Source of the DNA: an uncultured Verrucomicrobiae bacterium
GTDB lineage: Bacteria; Verrucomicrobiota; Verrucomicrobiia; Chthoniobacterales; JAFAMB01
Assembly: GCA_963813025.1 (NCBI GenBank)
Contig: CAWEXO010000011.1
Coordinates: forward strand, 288,001 to 352,000
Direction of reading: 5' to 3'
Length of the DNA stretch: 64,000 nt
This document shows, piece after piece, positions 53,810 to 64,000 of this stretch. Position numbers and translations under genes: made by a program. The first letter of the stretch is position 1; each line of letters starts with the position of its first letter. Below the pieces are notes generated by a model. It did not search any database. It saw nothing but the letters and a program-made list of their open reading frames with translations, and was not told where the DNA came from.

Positions 53810-54145
53810 ATGAGCACCGGCGCCCACGATGTCTTGCTCGTGATCTGTACTTTCCCGAGCCAGGAGATCGCCGATCGTCTCGGACTTGAATTACTGAGGC
53901 GCAGGTTGACGGCCTGCGTCAACCTACTCCCTGCGGCCACATCTCATTATTGGTGGGACGGAAAGATTACGTCCGACACCGAAGTGATCGCGCTGCTGAA
54001 ATGCACGGGCGCGGTTTTTCCGGACCTTCGAGACTTCCTGCAAAAGGAGCACCCGTACGACGTGCCAGAAGTCCTAGCCATTCCGGTCCAAACTGGTGCC
54101 GAACCTTACCTGCGTTGGGTTCGCGACAACTGCTCTCGAAAGTAA
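53810..54145 (+). CDS. cutA: Divalent-cation tolerance protein CutA
   Basis: ACVN, SHYWWDG, HPYDVPE, YL.W. Confidence 0.94.
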   Translation: MSTGAHDVLLVICTFPSQEIADRLGLELLRRRLTACVNLLPAATSHYWWDGKITSDTEVIALLKCTGAVFPDLRDFLQKEHPYDVPEVLAIPVQTGAEPYLRWVRDNCSRK

Positions 54146-54146
54146 T

Positions 54147-54218
54147 GTTTCGCCCTTCAAGTTTCGTTTTTCCGTGTTTCGCGGCCAGCCGGCCGTAAAC
54201 GCCAAGGCGTGAAACGCG
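54147..54218. repeat. Degenerate inverted pair of GTTTCGC/GAAACGC heptamer arrays
   Basis: gtttcgc ccttcaa gtttcgt ... gtttcgc / aaacgcc aaggcgt gaaacgc between convergent cutA and skp. Confidence 0.65.
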
Positions 54219-54249
54219 CCACCCGAAGCGTTCTCCTCGAACTCGCCCT

Positions 54250-54939
54250 TTAAGGCCGCCTGCCCGGCGATGGGAATCCGCCCGGCTTGGTCGTTGTCGC
54301 CGGGGTATTGCCTGAGGTCGCCGTTCCGGGTCGCTGCGCAGCCGGAGAGGAAACCGCGGCTGGACGACTGGCATTCAGACGACTGATCACTGAATCGCTG
54401 AAATCAATATTATCCCGGGAATAAACAAGCACCGGTACGCCGCTATTGAGACTTTGACCGGACCTATCGAACACCAGATCGAAATTCTGACTCCGTACCT
54501 GCTCATTGACGACCTTCATGATCTCTTCGACGATTCCCTGTCGCATCCGCGCCATCTGCTCTTGCAATTGCTTCTCACGCGTCGTTCGGAAGTCATTGAT
54601 CTCTTTCTCCAATCCCTTAGTCTCGGCGATCTTGGAATCCCGTTCCTGAGCCTTTTGATCTTTGCCCGCGGCGCTCAGATCTGGCTTGTTAATCTCTTCG
54701 TTGAGTTTGTTGATGGTATCGAGATTCTTCTTATAAGAGTCCATTCTGAGATCCAGCTCATCCTTAGCCGACTTCTGTGCCTCCTGAAGCTTATCTTCGG
54801 CTTCGCGAGTTTTGTAGTAGGCGTTAAAAATCTTCTGCATATCGATGGTGCCGATTCTGATCTCTGCGCGCGCTGGTGATGCGACCATTGCGCTCAGGGC
54901 GAAACTGGCGACCAATCCGAGGGTTAACGAGTTCTTCAT
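54250..54939 (-). CDS. skp: OmpH/Skp periplasmic chaperone
   Basis: Signal peptide; IGTIDMQKIF, coiled coil, FDLVFD; downstream of bamA. Confidence 0.9.
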   Translation of the reverse strand: MKNSLTLGLVASFALSAMVASPARAEIRIGTIDMQKIFNAYYKTREAEDKLQEAQKSAKDELDLRMDSYKKNLDTINKLNEEINKPDLSAAGKDQKAQERDSKIAETKGLEKEINDFRTTREKQLQEQMARMRQGIVEEIMKVVNEQVRSQNFDLVFDRSGQSLNSGVPVLVYSRDNIDFSDSVISRLNASRPAAVSSPAAQRPGTATSGNTPATTTKPGGFPSPGRRP

Positions 54940-55008
54940 ATAATACGGGTACTGATTAGGACTGAGGCAACTTGGGCAAGGCGGCAGGCGACTCAACCGA
55001 AAAATCGC

Positions 55009-57460
55009 CTAAAATTGATAACCAACGCTAAATTGAAATTTACCGCTCGAACCATTGAAGTGGTCATGGGTGATTGGAATACCATAATCGATTCGGATCG
55101 GGCCAATCGGCAGGTCAAGGCGGACCCCGAAACCGAAATCGTCATTATAGTTGCTGGTGCTGAAATTAAATGAACCACTATTAACGAAACCGACATCATA
55201 GAACACGGCGGCGCGCACTCTTTGAATCACTGGGACCGTGTACTCAAGCGTCAGTCGAGCGAGCGTGTTTCCGCCGATGGGATCGCCGAAGCTGTCCTTC
55301 GGTCCTACTTCACGAAAATCAAAACCGCGCAGATTGTTGGCCCCACCCAGATAAAGCCGGTCGTAAAGCGGAACGTTGGTTTTGCCATTGTAAGTGTCCA
55401 ACGCGGCAATCTCTCCGTTGATGAGCAGGATCGTGTCTAACGGTAAATGAAAATATTGGGAAGCTTCCAGATCAAAACCCCAGATCGAGACGTCTCCACC
55501 CAGGGGTCCGCCAGCGATATACGTAGAAAGATCTATCCGGGTCCCCTTGCGAGTGAGAAATGCATTGTCGCGATTGTCAAAGGTGAATGAGAGCGTGACC
55601 CGGCTCTCCAGGGTGCTCCCGGCCTGGCTGGTAATCAGAGGATCTGTGGTGGTGACGTCATAGATCTCAACATTCTGAAGTTGATAATCGAGTTTGGCCG
55701 AAAGGAAGGGCGTGAGCGGCCTTCGCAAGAACACGTCAAACCCGTACTGACGCTGGGAATAGACGTTACTGTAGAACTGGGAATCGTCATAAAAGGCCTG
55801 AAAGCCAAGCGCGAGACGCTGATCCAGAAAGTAAGGCTCGGTGAAAGCAAGCAGGACATCTTTGCGTTCAGTACCCAACTGCACGCGGAGCCGAAACTTC
55901 TGGCCTGCTCCCGTGAACGTCTTCCAGTTCGTGATGTCGAAATTGCCCTGGGACAGTTCGCCGAAACCAACCAAACCGTCGGTTGAACTGAAGCCCAACC
56001 CGAAAGTTGAGCGAACCAGTCCGTTTTTCCTGAACGACGATGTTGAGATCTTTCCGACCAGGCACATTCGTGTCGCTGGCATAAGCATCGACCTTTTCGA
56101 AATACTGCAGCCCTTCCAACCGTTTCTTACTTATGTCGACCCGCACCGTGTCGAACACATCGCCGGGCGCGAGAACCACTTCTCGCCGAATCACCTTGTC
56201 CTTTGTCCGCACATTTCCACTGATGTTCACGCGCTCCAGGAAGGACTGGATGCCTTCATCGATCTTATAATGCAAATCGACATAACCCGGTCCGGCGGGC
56301 GTGGTCCCGACGTTGACTTTAGCGTCGGCGTAGCCAGCGACTCCATAAGCATCTTCGACCGATTTGATGTCTTTCTGGAGCTGTTGCGGAGAGAAGATTT
56401 TCCCTTCGGTAACCTTGAGCACTTTTCGAAAGTTTGGCTCCTGGACAACATGCAATCCCTCAACCGTCAATGACCGCACATAGTATCGAATTCCCTCGTT
56501 GAGATAGATATCGACGTCGACATTGCGAGAGTCGATCCGATCGATTTTCACATCGGTTACCTGGATATCGGCGAAGCCGTGATCCTGGTAATACTCCTTG
56601 ATCTTCTGCACATCTTCGTCGAGCTGACGACTGTTTAATCGGCCTGCTCCGGTCAGAAACCCAATGATGCTTTTGCGTCGGGTCTTCATTTGTCTCCGGA
56701 GCAGCTTGGAGCTGATCGAGTAGTTGCCGACAAACCGAATCTGATTGACCAGTGCCCGGGTGCCTTCGCTGATCGAATAAGTCACTGTGGCGGTGCCCCG
56801 ATCCTCGTTCACCGCCACTTTGTACTCGACGTCAACATCCGGAAAGCCGCGCTTCTGATAGAGTTCCACCACCTTCTGGCGGGCCGTCTCGAGCGCCTGT
56901 TCATCCAGTGGCGTGTTCACTTTCAAATTCAGCTCCCGCCGGATGCGGCGAGGCGAAACACTTTCCGCGCCCTGGATATAAACACCGGCAAGAGTCGCGC
57001 GCGTTTGCACGACAACGATCACCTTGACGCCGTCTGGGAGGGGTTCGCCATAGATGCGGACGTTGGTCACCAAACCAGTCGCGTAAAGGCTGCGGACGTC
57101 ATCCTCGACAATGGCCTCCGAATAAGGCTGCCCAACGGTAGTCTTCATGTTGGTCAGAATACGTTGGCGGCTCAGCGTGGCCGGCCCGGCATATTGAATC
57201 TCGATCTGCCGAACGATCGGCGCAGGCGCTCGCGGTTGCACCGGCGGTGGCGCGGGCGCGGGATTCTGCGGCGCAGCTTGAACCGGCGGGGGCGTGGTCA
57301 CTGGACCCGCCGGCGCCGATGGCGGAGGAGTGCCAGTCGCGGCCGGAGGCTGATCCGGTGGCGCCTGCTGCCCAACGGCCATCTGAAGCTGGAAAACGAG
57401 AACAACGATCACGACAATCCAGCTTACGCTGAGGGGCTTACAAAAATTCATAGTCGACAC
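55009..57460 (-). CDS. bamA: Outer membrane protein assembly factor BamA (frameshift near 56000)
   Basis: POTRA repeats, LRGF, GPIRIDYG, terminal FQFSVGYQF. Confidence 0.95.
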
Positions 57461-57727
57461 CGAAACGAAGCGAATGGGCGTAATTCATGACGATGCGAAA
57501 ACAAACGTCAACTGAAAACGTTTCCCGCTCACTCTGATCGTGGCCGGAAAGAGGCAAGGCAAGAAAGCAAAAGACCTCGGATCGAGCAATTTCACGCATA
57601 GAAACCGCCGAACCTCGTCGCGCCGGCAGGCCCGTAAAGAGGCTCTCGCGCAGCTCTCCTCGAAGAGATCTGGATTCACGATGTTGCGAGACAGTTGCTG
57701 TCTCCACAACCTTGAATCCTTGCCTCA

Positions 57728-58819
57728 TCAGCTGACCAGCTGATACCAGTTATTCCGCCGACGCGGTGTGTAGCCGGCATCGGTGATCAACTCTTCGATC
57801 TCATCGCGGGTGATGCGAAACGTAGTTCCCGCCTGGCTGACAACATTTTCTTCCATCATGACCGACCCAAAATCGTTTGCTCCGTAGTGCAAGGCCAGCT
57901 GGCCGATTCGAGGCCCTTGGGTCACCCAGGAACTTTGGAAGTTCTCAATGTTGTCAAGATAGATTCGCGCCAGCGCCTGCATCCGCAGGTATTCTGCCGA
58001 ACCAACCGGATCGGCCTTCAACACCACGTTCTCGGGTTGGAAAGTCCAACAGATGAAAGCAGTGAAACCCTTCGTTCGATCCTGCAGTTCCCGGAGCCGT
58101 TCAAGATGCTCGATCCGATCCATCACCGTCTCGACATGGCCGAACATCATGGTCGCCGAACTGTGCAAACCCTCTTCGTGCGCGATCTCCATCACCCGCA
58201 GCCATTGTTCCGTATTGCATTTGAGGGGAGAGATCCGGTTGCGCACCCGATCGACCAGGATCTCACCGCCCCCGCCGGGAATAGAGCCCAGGCCCGCCTC
58301 CTTGAAACGCACAATCACTTCCCGCAGGGGCATCCGGAAGACTTCCGCGAAATGGTTAAACTCCGGCGGACTAAAAGCATGGATGTTGATCTGCGGATAC
58401 TTTTCTCGAATATGTTGCAGAAGGTTCAAATAGTAATCGATCCCGAGTTTTGGATGATGGCCGCCCTGCATCAAGATCTGGATTCCGCCAATACTCACTA
58501 GCTCATCGAGCTTTTGGTCGATCTGCTCGTGATCCAGCACATAGTGGTCTTCGTCACGTTCAGTCCGGTAAAAGGCGCAGAACTTGCAATAAACGTTGCA
58601 GACGTTGGTGTAATTGATGTTGCGATCGACGATGTACGTCACGATCTCGTTGCCGCGCCCGGCAAACGCCTCCGCCTTGGCTTGTCGCCGGCGATGATTG
58701 GCCAGGCTGCCGAGATCGGTTAAGGGCAACTGATAAAGCTTGCGCGCGTCCTCCGGCGAAATTCGCTCGCCAGCCAGAACCGCTTCGATCACATCGACTT
58801 CGTCAATCGCGGTGCTCAT
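57728..58819 (-). CDS. mqnC: Cyclic dehypoxanthine futalosine synthase (radical SAM)
   Basis: RNINYTNVC...CKFC, PGGGGEIL, QSSWVTQG, GANDFGS.MMEENVV. Confidence 0.92.
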   Translation of the reverse strand: MSTAIDEVDVIEAVLAGERISPEDARKLYQLPLTDLGSLANHRRRQAKAEAFAGRGNEIVTYIVDRNINYTNVCNVYCKFCAFYRTERDEDHYVLDHEQIDQKLDELVSIGGIQILMQGGHHPKLGIDYYLNLLQHIREKYPQINIHAFSPPEFNHFAEVFRMPLREVIVRFKEAGLGSIPGGGGEILVDRVRNRISPLKCNTEQWLRVMEIAHEEGLHSSATMMFGHVETVMDRIEHLERLRELQDRTKGFTAFICWTFQPENVVLKADPVGSAEYLRMQALARIYLDNIENFQSSWVTQGPRIGQLALHYGANDFGSVMMEENVVSQAGTTFRITRDEIEELITDAGYTPRRRNNWYQLVS

Positions 58820-58972
58820 TAGGAAATCTTACAGTAGGCCTAGCCTGCCTCGCTCACAAACCTTTTACAGATTTGTGAGCGCTGCGCTACTGAGAAAGAG
58901 TTTGAAACATTTTGTTCGATTAATTTTCGCCTTTCGTGAAGGGATGACGTTAATCTGCAGACGGAGACGATC

Positions 58973-59992
58973 GTGGCGGACAATTTTTATCGAGAGACCG
59001 TGCAGTCGCCGAACACCGCTTTTGATCTTACACTGCGCCCGCCGCTCTTCAGTGAATTTCTGGGGCAGGTCCGGGTGCGTGAACGACTTGAATTGATGGT
59101 TCAGGCCGCCAAGCAGCGTGAAGATGTTCTCGAGCACATTCTCCTCAGCGGGCCCCCGGGGTTGGGCAAAACCTCGCTGGCTTTTATTCTGGCTAATGCC
59201 ATGGATGTCCAGATCAAAAGCACCAGCGGACCAATGATCGAAAAAGCCGGCGATCTGGCCGGATTGCTCACCACGCTCGAACGCGGTGACATTCTTTTTA
59301 TTGATGAAATTCATCGGTTGCAACCGGCCATCGAGGAATATCTCTACCCGGCGATGGAAGACTTTCGCCTCGACATCATCATCGACCAAGGTCCAAACGC
59401 CCGCAGCGTCCGGATCAACTTGCCCCAATTCACCCTCGTGGGCGCAACTACTCGCGCCGGACTAATTTCGGCGCCGCTCCGCTCGCGTTTCGGCATGGTC
59501 AGCCGATTGGATTACTACGCCGTCGAAGAGCTTGCGCAGATCGTGTTGCGCAGTGCTGGTCTGATCACCGTGACGATCGATGAGCCCGGTGCCCGCGAGA
59601 TTGCCGCTCGCTCCCGCGGAACACCGCGGGTGGCCAACAATTTGCTCCGCTGGGTCCGGGACTACGCCCAAGTACGCGAGAACGGTTCAATCAATCGACC
59701 GACCGCCGATCGCGCCCTGCAAATGCTGGATATCGATGACGACGGGCTGGATGAAATGGACAAACGTATTCTCGAAGCACTGGTAGTCCGCTTCCAAGGC
59801 GGACCAGCAGGGATCAGCTCGCTGGCGGTCGCGGTTGGCGAAGATTCCGGGACAGTCGAGGAAGTCAATGAACCTTATCTGATCCAGGAAGGTTTTATCA
59901 AGCGGACCTCGCAAGGCCGGGTGGCTATGCCAAAGGCGTACCAGAAGCTCGGGCTCGATCTACCGGCGGGGAAACCGCGGGAGCTGTTTTGA
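58973..59992 (+). CDS. ruvB: Holliday junction branch migration helicase RuvB
   Basis: [26 protein letters not shown]. Confidence 0.98.
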   Translation: MADNFYRETVQSPNTAFDLTLRPPLFSEFLGQVRVRERLELMVQAAKQREDVLEHILLSGPPGLGKTSLAFILANAMDVQIKSTSGPMIEKAGDLAGLLTTLERGDILFIDEIHRLQPAIEEYLYPAMEDFRLDIIIDQGPNARSVRINLPQFTLVGATTRAGLISAPLRSRFGMVSRLDYYAVEELAQIVLRSAGLITVTIDEPGAREIAARSRGTPRVANNLLRWVRDYAQVRENGSINRPTADRALQMLDIDDDGLDEMDKRILEALVVRFQGGPAGISSLAVAVGEDSGTVEEVNEPYLIQEGFIKRTSQGRVAMPKAYQKLGLDLPAGKPRELF

Positions 59993-60014
59993 AACGCGGG
60001 CGGCTGGATTCGGC

Positions 60015-60099
60015 CAGTGTCAGTGTCAGTGCTAGTGCTAGTGTCAGTGCCATTGTTATCGGTGATTGCTCATTGGCCATCGGTTATCGGCCATCAGCG
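60015..60099. repeat. Abutting hexamer (yAGTGy x6) and heptamer (ATyGGyy-like x about 7) arrays
   Basis: cagtgt cagtgt cagtgc tagtgc tagtgt cagtgc then atcggtg attgctc attggcc atcggtt atcggcc. Confidence 0.8.
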
Positions 60100-61074
60100 A
60101 CTACTGACTCCCGACGCCTGTCTCCTGCTTTTCCGTGGCACTCGTGGCGCCGGCTCTTCGGCCGCCTGATATTTGATCGTGCTGGGCCAGATCAAGCGCC
60201 AGGGCTGGGCCTTTAGCTTGGTCGTCAATTCGCCGAGGTCGCCAACGATCCCGTTTACTCTGGGGAGCGCCACGTCCATCGTTCCTTGCAATCGACCCAG
60301 CGTGCCTTTCAACCGTTCCGAACTCGTGTCGAGATTGTTCAAGGTTTTCTCCAACCGATCTCCCTTCGACAATTGGGCGGTGATATCTTGCACATTGCCG
60401 AGCACTGCCTGGAGTCGATCGAGCGAACTCGTGATTGGCCCTTCTTTCCCGGTCATGAGTTTTAAGTTCCCGCCAACTTCCCGGAAATTGGTTAATGTGC
60501 CATCAAGGTTCGTTACCAAGACGGAGTCCTTTTCGGTCAATCGCGTGAGGTTCTGAGCGGTGTGCCGTAGCTGGATCAGGGTTGAGGTAGTCTCGCGCAG
60601 GGCTGGATCAAGTCTTTGTATAATCACCGGCCCGATCTCGCCAAGATCCGGCGCGCGAACTCCGACAAATGTGTCTCCGGATCGGGCGAGACCAGAGTCG
60701 GGGTTACCGTTTGTGAAATCGACAACCAGATCGGCCAGGAGACCGAAGGTTCGCATCGTGACCCTGGTCTGGCGATAAAGCCGCGCGTCCGAGGAAACCT
60801 CGACCGTAATATCCGCTTCATAATCGCCCTTGCCAGGAGGTCGCCGTTCCGGCGGCACCGGTGAACTGATGTTGCTGACGATCCCGATCTTTCTTCCAGC
60901 GAGCATGACCGAGGCTCCGGGTTTTATCCCCGCAGCATTATCGAAAAATACGTCAAACCGATGCAATGGCCTGAACAGGCCGGGAGAATAGAGATAGAGG
61001 ACGAGGCCAACGGCCAGACCGATAGTCAGAATCACCAGTAGGCCGGTGCGGACTTCATTCCGAAGTATTTGCAT
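60094..61074 (-). CDS. mlaD: MCE/MlaD family protein
   Basis: TM anchor; F.NAAGI..GA.V.LAG..IG.V MCE motif; helical tail. Confidence 0.85.
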   Translation of the reverse strand: MQILRNEVRTGLLVILTIGLAVGLVLYLYSPGLFRPLHRFDVFFDNAAGIKPGASVMLAGRKIGIVSNISSPVPPERRPPGKGDYEADITVEVSSDARLYRQTRVTMRTFGLLADLVVDFTNGNPDSGLARSGDTFVGVRAPDLGEIGPVIIQRLDPALRETTSTLIQLRHTAQNLTRLTEKDSVLVTNLDGTLTNFREVGGNLKLMTGKEGPITSSLDRLQAVLGNVQDITAQLSKGDRLEKTLNNLDTSSERLKGTLGRLQGTMDVALPRVNGIVGDLGELTTKLKAQPWRLIWPSTIKYQAAEEPAPRVPRKSRRQASGVSSR

Positions 61075-61840
61075 GAGGTTGGCTTTCCGTAATGGGCCCT
61101 TCGGTTTCTCCGGTCACGAACTGGCGCACAATTGGATTCGTCGAACGCCGGAACGCTTGCGGTGTGCCGTCTTGAATGATCTTTCCCTGATAAAGCATGG
61201 CCATTCTCGTCCCAATCCGAAATGCGCTTTCCATTTCGTGGGTGACGATGACCGATGTCGTATTTGTTTTCTCCGTCAAGTTGATGATCAATTCGTCGAT
61301 GACTGAGCTGATGACCGGATCCAGGCCGGCCGTGGGTTCATCAAACAAAATGAGCTCCGGATCCATGATCAGCGCCCGGGCAAGACTGACCCGCTTGCGC
61401 ATCCCGCCGCTCAATTCAGAAGGCATCCTGTCTTCGGTGCCGCTCATTCCGACCAAGGCCAGCTTCTCCTCGATCAAAGCGTTGATCTCTTTCCGGCGCT
61501 TGCGTCCAAGCTCCTCGAGCGGCAAAGCCAGATTCTCCCGGACGTTCATCGAACTGATCAGCGCCGAGTACTGGTAGACCATACCGATCCGGGTGCGTAG
61601 CAGGTTGAGTTTGCTCCGCGAAAGCCGGTGGATCGGCAGCTTTTTGTAACGCACGATTCCAGTGGTCGGACGCAAGATGCCGAGAATCAGACGGAGGGTC
61701 GTGCTTTTGCCGCCCCCGCTTTGCCCGAGAATGACCAGGCGATCCCGTTGCGCGATCTTGAGATTCAAGCTATCCAGCACCGTTTTGTCTCCCAAACGCA
61801 GCGTAACGTTCTCCAGATGGATCAAAGGAAGATCGCTCAT
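61055..61840 (-). CDS. mlaF: ABC transporter ATP-binding protein MlaF
   Basis: GQSGGGKS, LSGGMRKR, DEPTAGLDP. Confidence 0.9.
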   Translation of the reverse strand: MSDLPLIHLENVTLRLGDKTVLDSLNLKIAQRDRLVILGQSGGGKSTTLRLILGILRPTTGIVRYKKLPIHRLSRSKLNLLRTRIGMVYQYSALISSMNVRENLALPLEELGRKRRKEINALIEEKLALVGMSGTEDRMPSELSGGMRKRVSLARALIMDPELILFDEPTAGLDPVISSVIDELIINLTEKTNTTSVIVTHEMESAFRIGTRMAMLYQGKIIQDGTPQAFRRSTNPIVRQFVTGETEGPITESQPHANTSE

Positions 61841-62715
61841 CCTCCACCTTTCCCGGTGAGAAGGATGTTGAACAGCGTATCAAACCCGATCACTGAAGTG
61901 ATCGCCTCAACCACGCTGTCGGTGGTAGCCCGGCCGACACCCTCAGCTCCACCGACGACGGTGAGACCACGGAAACAAGCAATCAATCCGATCACCAGAC
62001 CAAAAAACATTGCTTTGAATAATCCGGTGATGATGTCGCTAATATAAAGACTGTTCAGTACTGCATCGAAGTAGAAAGCGGGCACCAGGTTCAGCGCTGT
62101 CCAGGAAATCAAGGCAGAACCGACGAGCGCCGCGCAAGTTGAAATAACCGAAAGACAGGGCATCAGGCAGCTGATCGCTACCAGGCGAGGCGCGACCAGA
62201 AAGCGCAAAGGGCCGATGCCCATGGCCTCGATCGCTTCGACCTCCTCGGCGACCTGCATCGTTCCCAATTCGGCCGTGTAGGCCGCCCCGATGCGAGCCG
62301 CCAGGACAATGCCCGTCAAAAGGGGTCCGAGTTCCCGAGTAAAGGCGATGGCGATCAGGGTCGGCACGAGCCTTTGGGTCCCAAACTTCGCGAGCTGGTA
62401 TCCGGTCAGCAGCGCCATTGTTAGCCCGAGAAAAAACGAGACCGTCAACACCAGAGGTACCGAGCCCACGCCTGTCCGATCAGTCTGCGCGAAAAACGAC
62501 GCTGGCCGGAAAGGCAGCCGCCCGCGGCCAACATTGTCCGCCATCTCTCCTACCGTGTTGAGCAAGAGCCAAAAGATGCTACCGACGATAACGAGCGCTT
62601 GTCTTGTGTAATAACCGATCCGATAAAGCAATCCGACAACACAGACGAACTTTGTGCCCGGGTCAATGGCGTATCGGCGTGGGGCCTGGCGTATGGGCGT
62701 GTCGCCGTACGCCAA
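61837..62715 (-). CDS. mlaE: ABC permease MlaE (start uncertain)
   Basis: RELGPLLT, AELGTM...EE.EA.E.MG, GAEGVG.ATT. Confidence 0.9.
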   Translation of the reverse strand: MAYGDTPIRQAPRRYAIDPGTKFVCVVGLLYRIGYYTRQALVIVGSIFWLLLNTVGEMADNVGRGRLPFRPASFFAQTDRTGVGSVPLVLTVSFFLGLTMALLTGYQLAKFGTQRLVPTLIAIAFTRELGPLLTGIVLAARIGAAYTAELGTMQVAEEVEAIEAMGIGPLRFLVAPRLVAISCLMPCLSVISTCAALVGSALISWTALNLVPAFYFDAVLNSLYISDIITGLFKAMFFGLVIGLIACFRGLTVVGGAEGVGRATTDSVVEAITSVIGFDTLFNILLTGKGGG

Positions 62716-62768
62716 TACGCCCTTTCCTCCGAAGATATGGTATCTAGTAGAAGGGGCTTCTCTACCAA

Positions 62769-64000
62769 ATGCGTACGATTTTTCGCGTCTTCGCCTACAC
62801 TCGCCGATATCCCTGGATGGCCGGCATCACGCTTTGCTGCGCGATTGCAGCCACGTCGATGGTAGTAATTTTTCCGAGCGTTACCCAGCGCATCATTGAC
62901 GAGGCCATTCGCGGTCACAAGCCGCAACTGATTCTTCCTCTGACCCTATTGGCCGCGGGCTCCTTCCTTCTTCAGGAGGTGCTGAATCATCTCCGGGTCG
63001 TGTGGAACAACACCTTTGAGCAGAATGTGATCTGCGATCTACGGAGCGATCTTTACCAGCGGATCCAAAAACTGCCGCTCGCCTGGTTCGATCAACGGTC
63101 CACCGGCGACATCATGACTCGCGTTCTCGAAGACGTCGCGGCAGTGGAACGCGTCATCATCGATGGCATCGAGCTCGGCTCGGTCGCGCTCCTCCAAATC
63201 ACTGTCGTGCTGATCCTGATGTTTCGGGCGAACGCGCGCCTGGCCTGGTTCGCCCTTCTCCCTCTTCCTTTCCTCATCGCCGGCGCGTTGCTCTACACTC
63301 TTACCGCGAAAAATCGGTACAGGTTGCAGCGCCAAGCCTCGTCGGCCATGAACACGCTTCTTCATGATAACATCTCCGGTATCCGGCAGCTGAAGGCCTA
63401 TGCCCGGGAAGACTCGGAACATCGTAGTTTCAACCGAGCAAGCCGGCGACTGGCCGACGCCACACTGGTCGTGATGCGGACCTGGGCGATCTACTCTCCG
63501 ACGATGGATTTTCTGAACAACTTCGGCCTGGCGTTGGTCACGGGATTAGGGGGGATGGCTGTCATCCGAGGCGAACTCGACCTCGGCAAACTGGTGGCGT
63601 ACCTGATTCTGGTCCGTTTTCTCTATGAGCCCATCGGACGTTTGCACAGCTTGAATCAACTTCTTCAAGCTGGCCGCGCGGCAGGTGAACGGGTTTTCGA
63701 AATCCTCGATGCTGAACCGGAGCCGGATGCCGGCCAGAAAATCCTGCAGGTCGATGATGTCATCGGCCGGATCGATTTTGAGCAGGTCGAGTTCAGTTAT
63801 CAGAATAATCGACGGGCGGTTCATGACATCAATTTCACTGTTTTACCAGGCCAAACCGTTGCTCTGGTCGGCCCCACCGGGGCCGGAAAATCGACTTTAG
63901 TAAGCCTTTTGCTCCGCTTTTATGAGATTGATCGCGGGCGTATTCTGATTGACGGACACGCCTTGGCAGATTTCACGAAAAAATCTCTCCGGGAAGCCAT
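62769..64000 (+). CDS. Fused ABC exporter (permease + ATPase), runs off the window end
   Basis: Manual translation MRTIFRVFAY...DLRSDLY....LPLAWFDQRSTGDIMTR...ALVGPTGAGKST. Confidence 0.9.
   Translation, partial: MRTIFRVFAYTRRYPWMAGITLCCAIAATSMVVIFPSVTQRIIDEAIRGHKPQLILPLTLLAAGSFLLQEVLNHLRVVWNNTFEQNVICDLRSDLYQRIQKLPLAWFDQRSTGDIMTRVLEDVAAVERVIIDGIELGSVALLQITVVLILMFRANARLAWFALLPLPFLIAGALLYTLTAKNRYRLQRQASSAMNTLLHDNISGIRQLKAYAREDSEHRSFNRASRRLADATLVVMRTWAIYSPTMDFLNNFGLALVTGLGGMAVIRGELDLGKLVAYLILVRFLYEPIGRLHSLNQLLQAGRAAGERVFEILDAEPEPDAGQKILQVDDVIGRIDFEQVEFSYQNNRRAVHDINFTVLPGQTVALVGPTGAGKSTLVSLLLRFYEIDRGRILIDGHALADFTKKSLREA

Noticed and set aside
59989..60216. 75-aa ORF with SASVSVS repeats
   Set aside because: Translation of the hexamer array, overlapping mlaD on the opposite strand

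Overview
Core-genome window of a GC-rich diderm bacterium. The gene content and order suggest Verrucomicrobia, probably Chthoniobacterales/Spartobacteria (inferred, not searched). It holds the str-S10-spc-alpha ribosomal supercluster on the minus strand (22.4-39.4 kb; tuf, rpsN, rpmD, rpoA and rplQ are absent), gyrB-gyrA, bamA-skp, mlaEFD, tolB-pal with an ECF sigma factor, putative anti-sigma and HtrA, xseB-dxs, plsY-gpsA, cysK, mqnC, ruvB, PBP1A, tRNA-Leu(TAG) and RNase P RNA. Many essential genes carry single-base indels, most likely long-read consensus errors. Features missed by the ORF track: (1) a SelW/Rdx-family selenoprotein with an in-frame UGA in a CxxU motif and a SECIS-like hairpin; (2) a set of intergenic short tandem arrays (6, 7, 9 and 10-mers), often as inverted pairs, one family of which also abuts a four-helix-bundle (IVP/Avd-like) pseudogene; (3) several MITE/REPIN families, including two 159-bp copies and a 297-bp nested-hairpin element with a collapsed 56-bp derivative; (4) a vapC toxin whose antitoxin is reduced to an 11-codon remnant; (5) a terminator-like hairpin in the rpsL leader.
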